NCBI GenBank assembly: GCA_002269645.1 | Contig: NIVC01000882.1 | Span: 356,653-420,652 of the forward strand | Reading direction: 5' to 3' | Source: Macrostomum lignano | Lineage: Eukaryota | DNA length: 64,000 nucleotides | In this document: one piece after another, positions 62,061-64,000 of the stretch | Layout of the letters: every line of letters starts with the position of its first letter | Position numbering within the stretch: the first letter of the stretch is position 1 | The notes under the pieces: generated by a model | What the model was told of the DNA's origin: nothing | Databases searched by the model: none | The model's input: only the letters and a program-made list of their open reading frames with translations | Made by a program: the position numbers and the translations under genes

Positions 62061-62415
62061 GCCGTAGCCCAGCGGTAGCGCAGCTGCTCTGGTGTGCCAG
62101 CGACCCAGGCTCGATTCCAAGTGCAGTCACATTAATTTGGGGCTGAATTGGAATCTCGGCTTGGCTCTGCTGGTGCAATTGACGGCCTTGAGATCCAACC
62201 CCCAAGGCGCAGTAAAGTGTACATGCCTAACGATAATATAAAGTTAGGGCCACTGTACACTCCTGTGTGAGTGTGTGCCTGCGTACGTATCCGCGCGCTT
62301 GTATGCCTGCTCAGGGGAGTCTGCGGAATGGGCAGCAATGCCTCTCGCCGGTTGTGTGCCAATGTCGCTTAAAGTGCGCCAGGGTGCACACAACCCCCTG
62401 CCTCTAATAAAAAAA
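62061..62415 (+). mobile_element. SINE family A, best-preserved full-length copy
   Basis: A box TAGCCCAGCGG, B box GGCTCGATTCC, structured body, A-rich tail, and a short AAAA..AGCT duplication on both flanks. Confidence 0.88.
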
Positions 62416-62582
62416 GCTGCGGAGTCAGAGCTGGATGCAAAAGAAAAGTCGTGCTCCACCTGTCGAGTGACCCAAATGAGCTCAGACTGCAAAACATCTT
62501 TTTGGTGCTTCGTAAAATTGCTATTTGGAGTTGCTGCAAAGAAGCTTGTTACAGGCTGACATTTCGACACTTCCCGTACCAG

Positions 62583-62752
62583 CATGCTTGGGCGCAACCT
62601 AGGGATTCACCCGGCCGTTTCTATTGGCAACGCACACTGTCTTAGTAGTAGTCACGTAGTAGTAGTCACGTGACTGCTCTCAGCCAATAGCGACTTACAT
62701 GAGTGTATTGCCAATAAAACGGCCGGGTGATTCCAAAGGTTGCGCATGTAAG
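62583..62752. mobile_element. 170-bp hAT-type MITE inside the hAT transposase relic
   Basis: 8-bp TSD CGTACCAG (62575-62582 and 62753-62760); about 40-bp imperfect inverted arms; removing it restores in-frame KHKRLVREVSKCQ. Confidence 0.85.
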
Positions 62753-63624
62753 CGTACCAGGCGCTTGTGCTTCTCAGCTCTTGAGTGACTAATAAGCCGA
62801 GAGATGCCTCCCTGAGAGACATCAATGCTGGTCTTGCAGACAAAGCATTCCGCCTCTGTTTCCGTGTCAACGCGCTTGCACCAAGTCTTTATCAATGTTC
62901 CATTTGAGTCGGTCTGCTGGAGCCAATCGGACCGAAATTTTGTTTTCGCTCATAACAATTATTCTGAAATTGAGGCACATAATTAGTCCCAAGTGCCAAG
63001 TCAGGTGGCTAATTACTGAATTTTGATTGCAAGATAAGGACCTTTGCTCAAAGCACTCTAAGGCTTCTAGCATTGCAATAATGTAATTTTGTTCCTTTAC
63101 AGTTTTTTGCACATTTAAAATAGAATACTAATAATTCCTCTTAAGTAGTATATATTGCTTTTTATATAATGTATGTATTTATGTGTGTATAAAAGTCATT
63201 TGGATGTAAAAAATCGACTCAACACGGAGGGCTGATGAAAATAAGACGTAGGGGTGGCATTTCTACTTTAATTGGTAATTGATTCGAAAATTAACTATTG
63301 AAGAAATCAGAGACCCACTTGAATTGTACTATTTCTCTCCCTTTTATGGTATTTGTACCGGCTATTTTAAATTTAATTTGCTAAAGTGCACTGTTTCTAC
63401 CTATCTGCTAGATTAAATGTATCGAAATGCAGAATTTGATTGCAGTTAAGCCCTATTACTAAAATAATGATAGACTATGGATTCTCTGCATTCTCCTTTC
63501 CTGCTACTATGCGTACGTTCTGTTTTCATTCTCTATCTGCAATTGGCGAGTCTCATTGGCGTTTCTCCCCACCCCCACCTCCCTCCTGCCCTGTCTCTCT
63601 CCAATGCCTGCTCTGGTTAGAACG

Positions 63625-64000
63625 GCTCAAAAGGTTTGTGCAGCGAGCCGGTCGAGTCTCCGCGACCCCGAGCCGCCGCCTCCGCCGCCGCCGCCACCTG
63701 ACAGGCGCTACGACCCGGCTAATTACTCTCTGCGCCTGCGGCAGCTCAGCAGCAACACTAGCGGCGGCCCTACAGCAGCACCTGCTGGCATTCCCAACGG
63801 CAAGCGCCAGCCGCCTCCACCGCCGCCCCACCGCCTCAGCAGCAGCAGCAGCAGCAGCATCGCGTGATCACGCCATCAAATTTTCACGCCCCACCGCCTG
63901 CAGCCGTTCTGGCAGCCATGGCCGAGGAAACTCTCATGGCTGCCGCTGCAGCCGCCGCTGCCGCAGCTTCAAACAACGACGGGAAGCGTCGTCATAGCAA
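63625..64000 (+). CDS. Probable low-complexity (Pro/Gln/Ala-rich) coding exon running off the window; product unknown
   Basis: Abrupt switch to GC-rich sequence after a pyrimidine tract; reads EPPPPPPPPDRRYDPANYSLRLRQL and, with one extra C at 63826-63829, PPPQQQQQQQHRVITPSNF...NNDGKRRHS. Confidence 0.5.

Larger units (their letters stand above)
60048..62955 (-). pseudogene. Decayed hAT-superfamily transposase gene
   Basis: BED-like finger CFVC..HSRAEKH, FSCGRMKATY, FSVLLDE, DSCNTM, GCSLH and the dimerisation motif LPHGNADTER; stops, frameshifts and two nested insertions. Confidence 0.85.

Noticed and set aside
62200-62340. HDV-like ribozyme in the SINE (GCGGAATGGG resembles the HDV 3' end)
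   Set aside because: The candidate P2 strand CCCA is not followed by a P3/L3 (UCC..) element; the topology does not fit

Overview
Eukaryotic animal genomic DNA: spliced genes with GT-AG introns, GC-rich exons, AT-rich spacers and introns swollen by minisatellites. That style fits a free-living flatworm such as Macrostomum, but this is inference only. Host genes read from the sequence: an intronless COX7C; an intronless secreted 10-Cys three-finger-like protein; an espin/forked-like gene (ankyrin + proline-rich + WH2); SCAMP (5 exons, exon 1 missed by the ORF track); a 12-exon SLC5 sodium:solute symporter; two tandem temptin-domain copper monooxygenases; an atypical rhodopsin-like GPCR; and the start of a low-complexity exon at the right edge. 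Mobile DNA: an intact IS630/Tc1/mariner element with an unusually short DD30E spacing, a Crypton-like tyrosine-recombinase remnant between inverted GGCCATAGACAAA motifs, five copies of a structured tRNA-derived SINE, a CORE-type SINE, an RTE-like LINE relic, a hAT transposase relic with nested insertions, and several MITEs with identifiable TSDs. Most long ORFs in the track are repeat artefacts. All coordinates and counts were read by hand; repeat boundaries are approximate.
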